This document shows, one piece after another, positions 18,418 to 27,620 of a DNA stretch of 64,000 nucleotides. This DNA comes from Armatimonadota bacterium. Its GTDB lineage: Bacteria > Armatimonadota > UBA5829 > DTLH01. The position numbers were made by a program, and so were the translations under genes. The notes beneath the pieces were generated by a model that ran no database searches, was not told the origin of the DNA, and saw only the letters and a program-made list of their open reading frames with translations. The stretch's first letter is position 1. Every line of letters begins with the position of its first letter. The stretch lies in contig JBBRAE010000008.1 in the NCBI GenBank assembly GCA_038207085.1, positions 32,001 through 96,000 of the forward strand, in the 5' to 3' direction.

Positions 18418-19332
18418 CTATCTCAGAGCAAGAGCTATTGACGGAATGCGTCCGCTGCCGACTATGACCAAACGATCCTGATATACCCGGACAAGCGCGA
18501 ATGCGTTGGTGTCGGGGGTGTCGACCATCCCCTGCAGCGTCACGTAGTGTACGCCGTCCTTAACTGCATAGTTGCCCTTGTGGTCGTGCCCGTTGATCCA
18601 GACCTTAACGCAGGGGTATGACTCGATTGTCTTCACCAACTCCTCGTCGTTCCAGAGGTTGCAATCCCCGCCGTAGGGAAAGACGGGCATGTGGCAGAAG
18701 ATAACCACATTCTGATGAGATTTCGACGCGGCATTGAGCTTAGCCTTTAGCCACGCAAGCTGTGCAGGGCCTACTCCGCCGTTGTAGGACTGAGCATTAG
18801 GGGCGTGCAGGCCCTTCTGCTTCTGGAGCATAGCCTGAGCTTCGGCGGTCTTTTCGGCATTGCCAACGCTGGATTGCAAGCTCACATCGTTGCCGTCAAG
18901 CACGACAAACTTCCAGGAGCCCTTGGCGAAGTCGTAGTATCTGCGCTTCAGCCCCAGGTGGCGCACGACCTCTTCGGCGCTCACCCTGGCGAAGTCGTGG
19001 TTTCCGAGGACGTTGTAGTGAGGCATCGAAAGCTTGTTGTAACGATCGAGCATAGGGCTAAAGCTTGCCCCGTCGTGGTCTATCAGATCCCCCATCTGAA
19101 CGACGAACGCAGGTTTTTCAGCGTTGAACCGTGCCACGCACTCCTCAACCTTGGCAATGGATGCGCGGTAGCAGCGGTTTCCGCCGTTGGGAGCATCCAC
19201 GTACTGTGCATCCGCAAATACGCCGAAGCTAAACAGCACTCTGCCTGAATCTGCGTGTAGTGGGACTGCACAAATCCCACAGCTGAGCGCCATCAGGAGC
19301 GTCACAGCGCCTCGAAAAATAGCCTCCTTCAT
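18418..19332 (-). CDS. Exported metallophosphoesterase (Mn-dependent ADP-ribose/CDP-alcohol diphosphatase-like)
   Basis: Signal peptide; 'FADAQY', 'QMGDLID', 'LGNHD', 'FCHMP', 'NGHDH'. Confidence 0.85.
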   Translation of the reverse strand: MKEAIFRGAVTLLMALSCGICAVPLHADSGRVLFSFGVFADAQYVDAPNGGNRCYRASIAKVEECVARFNAEKPAFVVQMGDLIDHDGASFSPMLDRYNKLSMPHYNVLGNHDFARVSAEEVVRHLGLKRRYYDFAKGSWKFVVLDGNDVSLQSSVGNAEKTAEAQAMLQKQKGLHAPNAQSYNGGVGPAQLAWLKAKLNAASKSHQNVVIFCHMPVFPYGGDCNLWNDEELVKTIESYPCVKVWINGHDHKGNYAVKDGVHYVTLQGMVDTPDTNAFALVRVYQDRLVIVGSGRIPSIALALR

Positions 19333-19550
19333 CCTTTACCTCTTTGACTTCCGTCAGTCGTTATAGTTCAATAGCAACTTCTCCCAAGCCCAAGTGATAT
19401 CCTCCTTTCACGCACCCTCCCAGGGTTTGAGCACTACCTTCACCCATCCATAGCTATCCGTAAGTCAAAGTCTGTATAATAATCGGTCTTTGTGTTATAC
19501 AAACCAATACTGCTCACCCAGCTATCAGCAAAATTGCACCCTGCCAGTGA

Positions 19551-19898
19551 TGCCTCTGCATCTTCGGGAATAATGCACATCAGCGCACTGTCACTGCATC
19601 GGGGGAGCTGGACCTTTTGGACGTATCGCGTCTCAACCTTGCGCTTGATCACGCGTTGATTGCGGGCGGTGGGTTGATAGTAGACCTGCGCGAGGTGGAA
19701 TTCATCGATACTGCGATTCTCGCGTGTCTTGCCAAATATGCCAAGAGTCTGAGTGATACAGAGTGTCGTATGAAAGTGAAAGTGAGGCATGAAAGCCATC
19801 CCGACTGCGTCCTGAAGACCGTCGGTTTCTCGCATATCATGGATATCGCAGTCTCTGCGCCAGTGAGGGAATGCAAAGTGGAGGAGACTACTGCCTGA
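19551..19898 (+). pseudogene. STAS (anti-sigma antagonist) domain gene with no proper in-frame start
   Basis: Frame reads ...RTVTASGELDLLDVSRL...LIVDLREVEFIDTAILACL...VLKTVGF; in-frame TGA at 19548 and no ATG/GTG/TTG upstream of the GELD motif. Confidence 0.55.
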
Positions 19899-21174
19899 CG
19901 CCGTCGAGCATTTTGCGTGCAAGCTTGGAGTTCGGGTTCTCCCGAACAAGTGCCTTGAACTCGCTCTGCGCTTCGTCGTTCATCCCGAGCTTCTCATAGA
20001 CGGTTCCCATCACGAGGTGAGAGTCAGAGTAGCGCGCCTTCGCTCCTGAGAGTAGGTCGCTTTCGTTCTTTGAAAGTACCCGGAACCAGATCGCCTGAGA
20101 CGGGTTCCACTCGGCGTACTCACCGAGCCGCACCCACACGGTCCACTTGTAGTAGCCTGTGGTAAGCGCCTTTGTGGACTGAAACTCGTTCACGCTCGTC
20201 TCTTCGTACAGCGCCGTCGTGCCGTCAAGCTTACTTACTTCAACCCGATACTTGTCCGCTCCATCCACCGCTTCCCACTTGAAGCTCGGTGTGTTTGGCG
20301 CAATACTTGCGGGTTTGGGAGAAATCTTGTTGATCTCGATCGTGCCCTGCGGACCGCGCACCATATCGTCGGAATCAAGCATCGCAACCTGCATATCGGC
20401 CGGAAGCTTCCCTGTTCGAAGTTTCTTCTCAACCGCCGCCGCAACGACCGACACAAGATCGCGTCCACCGGACTTAACCCGAACCTTGCCGCCGACCTTA
20501 TCAACCGTGACGCTGCCGTCTTTCAGCACCGCAACGGGCTCAGGCCTTGGCGTTCTATGCGTAACCACCGGCCGCTCGATCTGATGAACAACTGTCGAAG
20601 GCACAGATGCGATCACCGTCTTTTTGGGCTGAACCGGCGCAGAGGCTATGATCCTTGGAGCCTCATTTGTCGCAACAGCCGTAGGTTTCTGCGGGCTTTT
20701 AACGACAGACGAGCTCGACATCACGAGAACCGCCGCAACCGCCGCAACTCCAATAGCCGCAGTCGCCGTGCTTTTCCATCCCAGCACCGTCCACACGGAT
20801 CTCTTACGTCCAAACATTTGGGGTGTGACTGTGATCGACGGCGCAAGCGAAGCGCGCGACCGTGCTTCCTGCAGCGTTTCAACGTCATCCCAGCAGAGTT
20901 CGCAGTTGGTGATATGCCGCTCGACTGACAGATACTCCACGCCCGAGAGTTCTTCGCTTGCGTAGGCCGAAAGTGTCTCGTACTGCGGGCAATCCTGATC
21001 CGCGCTTGCAAGCGAGCCGAGTTCGTACGCCGCCTTGGCATAACCAGCAAACCCAGCGATCTGTGCCCGGCAAGCCTCGCACCCGCGAACGTGTTCGCTC
21101 GCAGAAACGATCTCACCAGCCGGAAGCGCCCCCGAGAGGTAATTCTTCAGTTTTCGCTCATCAAGACATTGCAT
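19888..21174 (-). CDS. Anti-sigma factor-like protein with two zf-HC2 zinc fingers, one TM helix and an extracytoplasmic domain ending in a TPR-like helix pair
   Basis: 'HVRGCEAC' and 'HITNCELC'; TM 'AAIGVAAVAAVLVM'; C-terminal 'HLVMGTVYEKLGMNDEAQSEFKAL'. Confidence 0.85.
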   Translation of the reverse strand: MQCLDERKLKNYLSGALPAGEIVSASEHVRGCEACRAQIAGFAGYAKAAYELGSLASADQDCPQYETLSAYASEELSGVEYLSVERHITNCELCWDDVETLQEARSRASLAPSITVTPQMFGRKRSVWTVLGWKSTATAAIGVAAVAAVLVMSSSSVVKSPQKPTAVATNEAPRIIASAPVQPKKTVIASVPSTVVHQIERPVVTHRTPRPEPVAVLKDGSVTVDKVGGKVRVKSGGRDLVSVVAAAVEKKLRTGKLPADMQVAMLDSDDMVRGPQGTIEINKISPKPASIAPNTPSFKWEAVDGADKYRVEVSKLDGTTALYEETSVNEFQSTKALTTGYYKWTVWVRLGEYAEWNPSQAIWFRVLSKNESDLLSGAKARYSDSHLVMGTVYEKLGMNDEAQSEFKALVRENPNSKLARKMLDGVRQ

Positions 21175-21410
21175 ATCAGTAGCCTTCTACGTATTTCTTG
21201 GTTACAAGGTTTCAAGACGTGCCTGTGGAAAGATTCTTGCCAACTGATTTCCATAATTTTTCACCCGACTGCCTGCTCCGATTATCGGTTGAATAGCCTG
21301 CGTCCTCCAGCGCGGAAGCTCTCGTGCCAATTACCACCAAGTCCATTCCGGACTCCTGCGAAACGTGCTCTATACTACGTGCAGAGACATCCCAGTCATT
21401 GGGGGGCTCA

Positions 21411-21926
21411 ATGGACTTACTGGCTAAGCATTACGAATTGGTCGCGTGGCTGTCATTAATCCCGGCTCTTTGCCTGATCTATCTCATCGCGAAAGCTGCT
21501 CTGGAGTGGAAATGGACGCCTCATGCGGCCTTTGTGGTGGTTCTGATTTTCGCCGTGGCAAGTATACTGGAATTGACATTGATCCACACCGGCCTCGCCG
21601 GGCCGTGGTATGACTACATCGGACTCGGAGTGTCGGGCCTTGCTGTGGCCTGGTTCGCTTTACGCAGACGCAAGACGGCCAGTTTGATAGGCGGACGATT
21701 CTGCCTCCCCCTCATATTCGCATACGCGGGGTACGCACTGATAGATTACATCCTGGGTCATAGGTATAGCTACGACGACGTACATCCGTGTTATTATTCC
21801 CATCTGTGGTGGTCTGACTTTACGGCTCCGTTATGGGGAATTGTGGGCGCGTTTTCAGCAGTCCACCAGAACAGAATACGCCTAGTATGCTCCTGCGCAG
21901 CGATAGCCATATGGGCGCTGATATGA
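21411..21926 (+). CDS. Hypothetical membrane protein
   Basis: GGGGG before ATG at 21411; about five hydrophobic segments. Confidence 0.6.
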   Translation: MDLLAKHYELVAWLSLIPALCLIYLIAKAALEWKWTPHAAFVVVLIFAVASILELTLIHTGLAGPWYDYIGLGVSGLAVAWFALRRRKTASLIGGRFCLPLIFAYAGYALIDYILGHRYSYDDVHPCYYSHLWWSDFTAPLWGIVGAFSAVHQNRIRLVCSCAAIAIWALI

Positions 21927-21936
21927 CAGACCTCGC

Positions 21937-23289
21937 CTAACCCCACCGCTCCCGAACAATCTCCGCAGCTCTTTCTTTGTCCTCCGGCGCAAGCTTCCCC
22001 TCAAGAATCTCATTGATCAAAAACTCCTTGATCTCTGAGAGCACATGCCCCGCCGGAATCCCGAGAATCCCCATAATCTCGTGCCCATTCAACGGACTTC
22101 TGATACCGACAGCGTCGACCGTCGTCTGCACATGGGCAATGCGACGTTCCAATTCACCCAGATCAACCGAAGGCATCGCCGTGTTCGCAGCCGCTCTGTC
22201 GGCCTGCGTAAGCGAGATCAGCGTACGAAGATCATCCCCCGCCTCCCGAATCAGCCGCCGCACCGCCGCATCGCTCCACTCCGAGTCGTACTCCCCGACC
22301 CGCAGGTGCATATCGACGAGTTTCGCGACCTTCGAGACGACCTCATTTGGAAACCTTAGCCGCAAAAGCACCCGCCGGGCAATGTCCGCCCCAACGTGCT
22401 GATGGGTATAGAAGTGAACGTTCCCCTTGTCGTCGATCGTCCGAGTCTCGGGCTTTCCAATGTCATGAAACAGAGTCGCAAGCCGAAATGTGAGGTCCGA
22501 GTCCTCGGGAATCGCCTCAAGCGCCTTCATCGTATGCGTCCAGACATCATAGAGGTGGTAGATATTCTGAGTGACCCCGTAGGTGCGCGCAAGCTCCGGC
22601 GCAAAGTGGTCGAGCAGCCCCGCCATTCGCAGCTTCTCAAGCGCCTGCGACCTCCCCGGCGTCAAGAGCATCTTGGAGAACTCGTCCCGAATCCTTTCCG
22701 CGCTGATGATCTCCAGCCGCGCGGCCTTGCGCTCGATCGCCCGATAGGTCTCATCTTCTATCCGAAACCCAAACCGAGCCGCAAAGCGAACCGCCCGAAG
22801 CATCCTGAGCGGGTCGTCCTCAAACGTCACATCCGGGTCAAGCGGCGTTCTGATCACCCCCGCCCGGATATCCTCCATCGCCCGCCCCGTGAGATCGAGC
22901 ACCTCCCCGGTGTGCAGGTTCTCCATCAGGGTATTGATAGTAAAATCCCGTCGAAGCACGTCCAAATCAAGCGACGCGAACTCCACATCCGGCTTCCTGC
23001 TCTCCGGCGCGTAGGACTCGCTCCGCGCGCTGACAAGCTCCACCTGCTGCCCTGAGACCGTCACCATAGCCGTCCCAAAGCGCGGGTAGACGACCGGCGC
23101 GTGGTCGGCAATCCCCTTCTTGAAGATAAAGTGGGCAAGCTCTGTGGCATCCCCCTCTATGACGATGTCGATATCTTCGTCCGCGGGCAGGCCCATCACC
23201 AGGTCGCGGACGATCCCGCCGACCAGAAACAGCCTGCCCTCGTAATCCGAACCTTTAGTCGCCTCCCGGAGACTGTCGAGCGCCTTCAC
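21937..23289 (-). CDS. cca: CCA tRNA nucleotidyltransferase/poly(A) polymerase family protein with an HD domain
   Basis: 'LVGGIVRD', 'DIDI', 'RRDFTIN', 'EDDPLRMLRAVRF', 'ISAERIRDE', 'YDVWTHT', 'FHDIGKP'. Confidence 0.93.
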   Translation of the reverse strand: MKALDSLREATKGSDYEGRLFLVGGIVRDLVMGLPADEDIDIVIEGDATELAHFIFKKGIADHAPVVYPRFGTAMVTVSGQQVELVSARSESYAPESRKPDVEFASLDLDVLRRDFTINTLMENLHTGEVLDLTGRAMEDIRAGVIRTPLDPDVTFEDDPLRMLRAVRFAARFGFRIEDETYRAIERKAARLEIISAERIRDEFSKMLLTPGRSQALEKLRMAGLLDHFAPELARTYGVTQNIYHLYDVWTHTMKALEAIPEDSDLTFRLATLFHDIGKPETRTIDDKGNVHFYTHQHVGADIARRVLLRLRFPNEVVSKVAKLVDMHLRVGEYDSEWSDAAVRRLIREAGDDLRTLISLTQADRAAANTAMPSVDLGELERRIAHVQTTVDAVGIRSPLNGHEIMGILGIPAGHVLSEIKEFLINEILEGKLAPEDKERAAEIVRERWG

Positions 23290-23917
23290 GGGTCAACCTT
23301 TCTATGGATGAGTGGATCAGCTGCTCAAGCTGCTGCTCGCGCATAGTGACGGTGAGGTCACCGCGGCTTCGTTCGAGCACCCCGCGCACCATATCGGTAG
23401 TCCTTCGAAGCCCGCCGGTCACCGCATCGGGATAATCGAACGTGACGAGAATATAGAACACATCGTCCATAATCCCCAGAATCTGCTCCGCGCGCTTGAG
23501 GTCGCCCGTCCTCATCACATCGAGGATATGCCTGCGGCTCTCCCCGATCGCCTCACCAAGCCCGTTCAAGTACGACGCGCACTCGACCCCAAGCTCCTGA
23601 TGGCTCGGCAGCGGCATGTCTCGAGCAATCGCCGCCGTAAGCTCCGACTCTGCGTACTCTTTCTGCGCATCGAGCACATAGCCCGTATAGTAGATATCCA
23701 TGTGGTCGCGCAGCAGTTCTTTGGTCTCGATGACCTTCTGCCGTGCCTGGTCCATCAGCATGCGCGCCTCATCCCACTCCTCACGATGCGTAGCGCGAAT
23801 CGAGTTCGCGGACAGCCTGATAATCTCCCGAGAAAGTTTGAGCGCCCCTTCGCGAGCCGCGTTGGTAGCATCAAGCTCAGCGCGTATATCATCAGCAATC
23901 TTCTTCAAGTTTTCCAA
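23255..23917 (-). CDS. Translin/Trax (C3PO-like) family protein
   Basis: AAGGAG RBS and TTG at 23917; 'AREGALKLSREIIRLSANSIRATHR', 'AQKEYAES', 'YLNGLGEAIGESRRHILD', 'GLRRTTDMVRGVLERS'. Confidence 0.85.
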   Translation of the reverse strand: MENLKKIADDIRAELDATNAAREGALKLSREIIRLSANSIRATHREEWDEARMLMDQARQKVIETKELLRDHMDIYYTGYVLDAQKEYAESELTAAIARDMPLPSHQELGVECASYLNGLGEAIGESRRHILDVMRTGDLKRAEQILGIMDDVFYILVTFDYPDAVTGGLRRTTDMVRGVLERSRGDLTVTMREQQLEQLIHSSIERLTREGARQSPGGD

Positions 23918-23973
23918 TAGAAAGCTCCTTTGCTCAAAATCATCAACACAACAGCTTACCCTCATGTGACGCT

Positions 23974-24002
23974 ATTGTATCAAAGCAGGCAAGCGTATAC
24001 AA
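23974..24002 (-). promoter_or_regulatory. Sigma70 promoter of the translin-cca operon
   Basis: Minus strand TTGTAT-N17-TACAAT. Confidence 0.6.
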
Positions 24003-24115
24003 GTAGTGGCCGGACTCCGTCCCGGCCTGAATCTACCGGTATCCCCTCAGTGGTTCAAAAGGCAAGAGAGCCAAAAGAGCCCAAAACCCCGCTCCCACAA
24101 AATACCGACAAAACG

Positions 24116-24149
24116 AAAAAAAATCCACGCTCATTACAAGCGTGGATTC
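24116..24149 (-). terminator. Rho-independent terminator after grpE
   Basis: Minus strand GAATCCACGCTTG-TAA-TGAGCGTGGATT followed by a long T-run. Confidence 0.85.
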
Positions 24150-24182
24150 GTTTCGCCAAAACCTGTAATAAACCCGTTTCGC

Positions 24183-24770
24183 TTACTCCGGCAACACCGC
24201 GACTACCACCCGGGACGGCCGCACAACCTGCTCGCCCTGCACGTAGCCGGTCTGCACTTCCTGAATGATAGTGTTCTCTGGGTAGTCATTGGTCTCAACG
24301 CGCTGCACCGCCTCATGGACGTTGGGGTCGAACTCCTTGCCCTCTGCCTCAATCGGCTGGACACCCTCGACCGAGAGCACATCCTGGAACTGCCTGAGCG
24401 TCAACTTGACTCCCTCTGCGAGGCTCTCAAAGCTGTGGTTCTTGTCAGCAGCCGCGACCGCGCGCTCAAAGTTGTCGATGACGGGGAGGATCTTCATGAT
24501 AAGCTCACGCGAGGCAAACTTGATCGCCTGAGCATAGTCATCCTGATGCCTGCGCTTGTAGTTGCTGAAGTCCGCGAGCGCCCGCAGGTGCCTGTCGTGC
24601 TCCTCGACGGTATTTTTGCGCTCTTCGTCGAGTTCCAGCAGCATCCGGTCTAGCGCCGCCTGAAGCTCATCTACGGTCGGCGCTGCCGACTCCATCTCCA
24701 TCTCAAGCTCGGAGGACTCTTCGTCTATCTCAACTTTGATGGGTTCTTCGTTGTTATATCGCTTGCTCAT
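24183..24770 (-). CDS. grpE: Nucleotide exchange factor GrpE
   Basis: 'LRALADFSNYKRR', 'LPVIDNFERA', 'FDPNVHEAV', 'GYVQGEQVVRPSRVVV'. Confidence 0.96.
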   Translation of the reverse strand: MSKRYNNEEPIKVEIDEESSELEMEMESAAPTVDELQAALDRMLLELDEERKNTVEEHDRHLRALADFSNYKRRHQDDYAQAIKFASRELIMKILPVIDNFERAVAAADKNHSFESLAEGVKLTLRQFQDVLSVEGVQPIEAEGKEFDPNVHEAVQRVETNDYPENTIIQEVQTGYVQGEQVVRPSRVVVAVLPE

Positions 24771-24923
24771 TGTTCCTCACTTCTGTTCGTCAAGTATGCT
24801 CTTATGCCCTATACCCTCAGGCAGGGGCGATTCACTCACAGAAAAGGTGCTGGACACAGGGTGGGGGACGCTATCACGTCCCGACACAGGGCATCCAACA
24901 CCCTTGGTATATGGTGGTGTCTG

Positions 24924-25952
24924 CTAGCTTAGACTAAGCAGCGTCAAAAGTTCACTCAAGTTCTGCGCCATCGCGTTCACGGCCGAGATTGCTCGCCGGT
25001 AGTCCATTCTGGTCGGTCCGACCACTCCGATGGTCCCCATCTTGCGCCCGCCGATGGCATAGTTCGCGGCGACAAAGCTCGTATCTCTCATGTCGACGTA
25101 GGGGTTCTCGCTTCCGATGATCACAGTCACCGTCGGCCCCAGCATCGCGCGCGAGAGTATCAGGTAGAGCCTGCGCCGCTGTTCAAGCGCCCCGAGGATG
25201 CTCTCAAGGCGGGACACGTCCTTGAACTCCGGGTGCTTCAGGATATAGTTTGTTCCCTCAACGCAGACATCGTGCTCGGAGGCAAGAGTCTGCGCGATCA
25301 GACGCACCGTGCCAAGCACCTGAGCGCACACGGGGTGAGCGTCCTGCACGAGAGGCTCGACCCCCGACGCCGCCGCGTCAAGCGTCTTGCCGACGTACTG
25401 CGCGCTGGTCATATTCCCGATCCGCTCCACGTCCGCCGCGGTCATCCGCACCCCGGCGTCGATGATCCTGTGCTCCACGTGTGTGTCGGATAGCACCACC
25501 ACAAGGAGCAACTTGCGTTCGCCGACCTTGGAGAGCGCGACGTGTCCGATCGTCGTTTCGCTCATCGTGGGCTGGGTCGCAAGAGATATGTAGGAGGTAA
25601 GCCGCGCGAGCATCCGGCACGTCTCCGAGATGATGTCCTCGATCTCGCTTGCGATAGCCGCCGAATTGGCGTTCGCAGCGGTCGAGTCCTGCGTTGGCGG
25701 GTCCATCAGCCGGTCGACATAAAACCTGTAGCCCATATCCGATGGCACGCGGCCTGCAGATGTGTGAGGCTGACGCAGGTAGCCCAGCTCGGACAACTCC
25801 GCAAGTTCGTTACGGATAGTAGCCGACCTCACGCCAAAGTCGTAGTGCACCGCGAGAATCTCAGAGCCCACAGGCTCCGCAGTCTCAACGTGCTTATTGA
25901 CCACGGCCTTAAGAATCTTCTGTTTTCGCTCGTCCAGTGCGCCAAAATACAT
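24924..25952 (-). CDS. hrcA: Heat-inducible transcription repressor HrcA
   Basis: 'LDERKQKILKAVV', 'SATIRNELAELSELGYLRQPHTSAGRVPSDMGYRFYVD', 'GVVGPTRMDY'. Confidence 0.97.
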   Translation of the reverse strand: MYFGALDERKQKILKAVVNKHVETAEPVGSEILAVHYDFGVRSATIRNELAELSELGYLRQPHTSAGRVPSDMGYRFYVDRLMDPPTQDSTAANANSAAIASEIEDIISETCRMLARLTSYISLATQPTMSETTIGHVALSKVGERKLLLVVVLSDTHVEHRIIDAGVRMTAADVERIGNMTSAQYVGKTLDAAASGVEPLVQDAHPVCAQVLGTVRLIAQTLASEHDVCVEGTNYILKHPEFKDVSRLESILGALEQRRRLYLILSRAMLGPTVTVIIGSENPYVDMRDTSFVAANYAIGGRKMGTIGVVGPTRMDYRRAISAVNAMAQNLSELLTLLSLS

Positions 25953-25989
25953 ACGCAGAGTACTCCAGAAAGCTTACAAGCTCGACTGT

Positions 25990-26018
25990 ATGGTACCATC
26001 GGGCCAAGTGGGTGTCAA
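25990..26018 (-). promoter_or_regulatory. Sigma70 promoter of hrcA-grpE
   Basis: Minus strand TTGACA-N17-TACCAT with extended TG. Confidence 0.75.
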
Positions 26019-26048
26019 GCCCGCCGGCCTCAGGTGCCATGCTCGAAC

Positions 26049-26231
26049 CTACGCTTTCGGTGCTTCCTCCGAAGTCTCGTCCGAAGCGGTGTCGTCACCT
26101 GTGATGTTCTTCGAGGCCTTCTTAAACTCTTTGATCCCTTCGCCGAGAGACTTGCCAAGCTCCGGGAGCTTTCTCGCTCCAAAGAGGAGGATTCCCACGC
26201 CGATTATGATGATCCATTCCTGTGCACCCAT
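26049..26231 (-). CDS. tatA: Twin-arginine translocase TatA/E subunit
   Basis: 'EWIIIIGVGILLFGARKLPELGKSLGEGIKEFKKA'. Confidence 0.93.
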   Translation of the reverse strand: MGAQEWIIIIGVGILLFGARKLPELGKSLGEGIKEFKKASKNITGDDTASDETSEEAPKA

Positions 26232-26446
26232 TATGCTTCACCATCCCTTTTGATGACCTGCTGCGGTTCTTCGCGCTCGGGTTCCCCGGCGTCGTTTACC
26301 GTGGACATCAGGTCGTTTGACGCGCGTTTAATCTCGCGCAGGGTCTTTCCAAGCGTTCTGCCGACTTCCGGCAGTTTCTTCGGGCCGAACACGATCAGCG
26401 CGACCGCAAGTACTATTACCAGTTCAGGGGCCCCTACGTCGAACAT
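26231..26446 (-). CDS. Twin-arginine translocase TatA/TatB-family subunit
   Basis: 'MFDVGAPELVIVLAVALIVFGPKKLPEVGRTLGKTLREIKRA'; its stop overlaps the tatA start. Confidence 0.88.
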   Translation of the reverse strand: MFDVGAPELVIVLAVALIVFGPKKLPEVGRTLGKTLREIKRASNDLMSTVNDAGEPEREEPQQVIKRDGEA

Positions 26447-26459
26447 GTGTCGTATCTTC

Positions 26460-27392
26460 CTATTCCAGCCGCGTAACCCGCACATCGGGTCTGAGCTTGT
26501 TGAAACACTCAAGTGTGAGGCACGCGGCTCCGTACGTCATAGCGTTTCCAGCACCGGCGGCGACCCCGGCGGCGATTGCGTCGGCCAAATTGCTCCCACC
26601 GGCAGCAGCGTCGACAAATGCGGCCACAAGTGAGTCACCAGACCCGACCGCGCTTACAAAGTCTATCTTGGGCGGCACGGCAAGCCATGTCTCGCGCCCG
26701 TTGGTGACTATTGCACCCGAGCGTCCCATCGATACTACCACGACGCCTATGCCCCTGTCGACAAACGCCTTCGCTGCGGCGAGCACTTCGGTCGTAGTGT
26801 TTAGCTCAGAGCCGACAAGTGAAGACAGCTCTGCAGCGTTTGGTTTGATAATATCCGGCGCGGCTGCAATGCCCCTGCGCAGGTGCTCCCCGCTTGAATC
26901 AAGCACGGTGATCGCTCCGGCGGACTTGGCGGCCTCTATAGCGACGGCGTAAAAGTCGTCGGGCACCCCGGGAGGGGCGCTGCCTGATAGCACGAGGTGA
27001 CTAGCCCCGGGCAAGAGTGAGCGAATCTTCGTCAGCAGCGCGCTGACCTCGTCGGCGGTTACAAGCGGCCCGGACTCGTTCACCTCGGTCTGCGTGACGT
27101 TGGCCGGGTCGACTACAGCGATGCACAGCCTTGACTCGCCGACGGTTCGCACAAAGTCGTGGCGGATGCCTTCGGTGTCCAGGCTCTCAAGAATCAGATC
27201 GCCGTTGTGTCCGCCGATGAACCCTGTCGCGATCGCTTCGCGCGCAAGCGTTCCAAGCATCCGGGCGACGTTGATTCCTTTGCCCCCGGCAGCCGTCTTT
27301 TCGATCGATGGCCTGTGCATTCGGTCGATGGTGAAGTCATCGACCGTATAAGACTTATCAACGGCTGCGTTAAGTGTGACTGTGACGATCAA
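26460..27392 (-). CDS. 1-phosphofructokinase (FruK/LacC) family hexose kinase
   Basis: Probable TTG start before 'IVTVTLNAAVDK'; 'AGGKGINVAR', 'LSGSAPPG', 'IKPNAAEL', 'VGSGDSLVA'. Confidence 0.9.
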   Translation of the reverse strand: MIVTVTLNAAVDKSYTVDDFTIDRMHRPSIEKTAAGGKGINVARMLGTLAREAIATGFIGGHNGDLILESLDTEGIRHDFVRTVGESRLCIAVVDPANVTQTEVNESGPLVTADEVSALLTKIRSLLPGASHLVLSGSAPPGVPDDFYAVAIEAAKSAGAITVLDSSGEHLRRGIAAAPDIIKPNAAELSSLVGSELNTTTEVLAAAKAFVDRGIGVVVVSMGRSGAIVTNGRETWLAVPPKIDFVSAVGSGDSLVAAFVDAAAGGSNLADAIAAGVAAGAGNAMTYGAACLTLECFNKLRPDVRVTRLE

Positions 27393-27508
27393 ATATACAC
27401 CCGGCTGATAGTGAGATTTCATTCTTATTGTACGCTCCCCGGCAGAGGAAGTCAAATGCGTTGATGCGGGTGTGAGTAAAGATTGTTGGCGGCCTCCAAT
27501 CCCGATTT

Positions 27509-27620
27509 TGGAGTGCGGCGAGCAATCGCCGCTTTCACGTATCTTTCGAATGATGCCGACTCGGCGCTTGCGCGCTCTGTTTCAGTCGAGAGAAAAGCGA
27601 CGCTCGCACGCCGCACTCCA
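27509..27620. repeat. GGAG-type inverted REP pair (REPIN-like)
   Basis: TGGAGTGCGGCGAGCAATCGCCGCTTT ... AAAGCGACGCTCGCACGCCGCACTCCA; another half copy at 36206-36234. Confidence 0.7.

Noticed and set aside
19548..19550. Selenocysteine or readthrough TGA in the STAS frame
   Set aside because: The upstream frame shows no STAS-like sequence or start, and no SECIS-like hairpin was recognised
21227..21241. Additional GG-N10-GC sigma54-like matches (also near 27690)
   Set aside because: Poor match to the TGGCACG or TTGC elements; such matches are expected by chance
18211..21926. Genomic island integrated at tRNA-Pro (or at tRNA-Leu, 42202)
   Set aside because: No integrase, and I saw no duplicated tRNA 3' end; a normal terminator follows each tRNA
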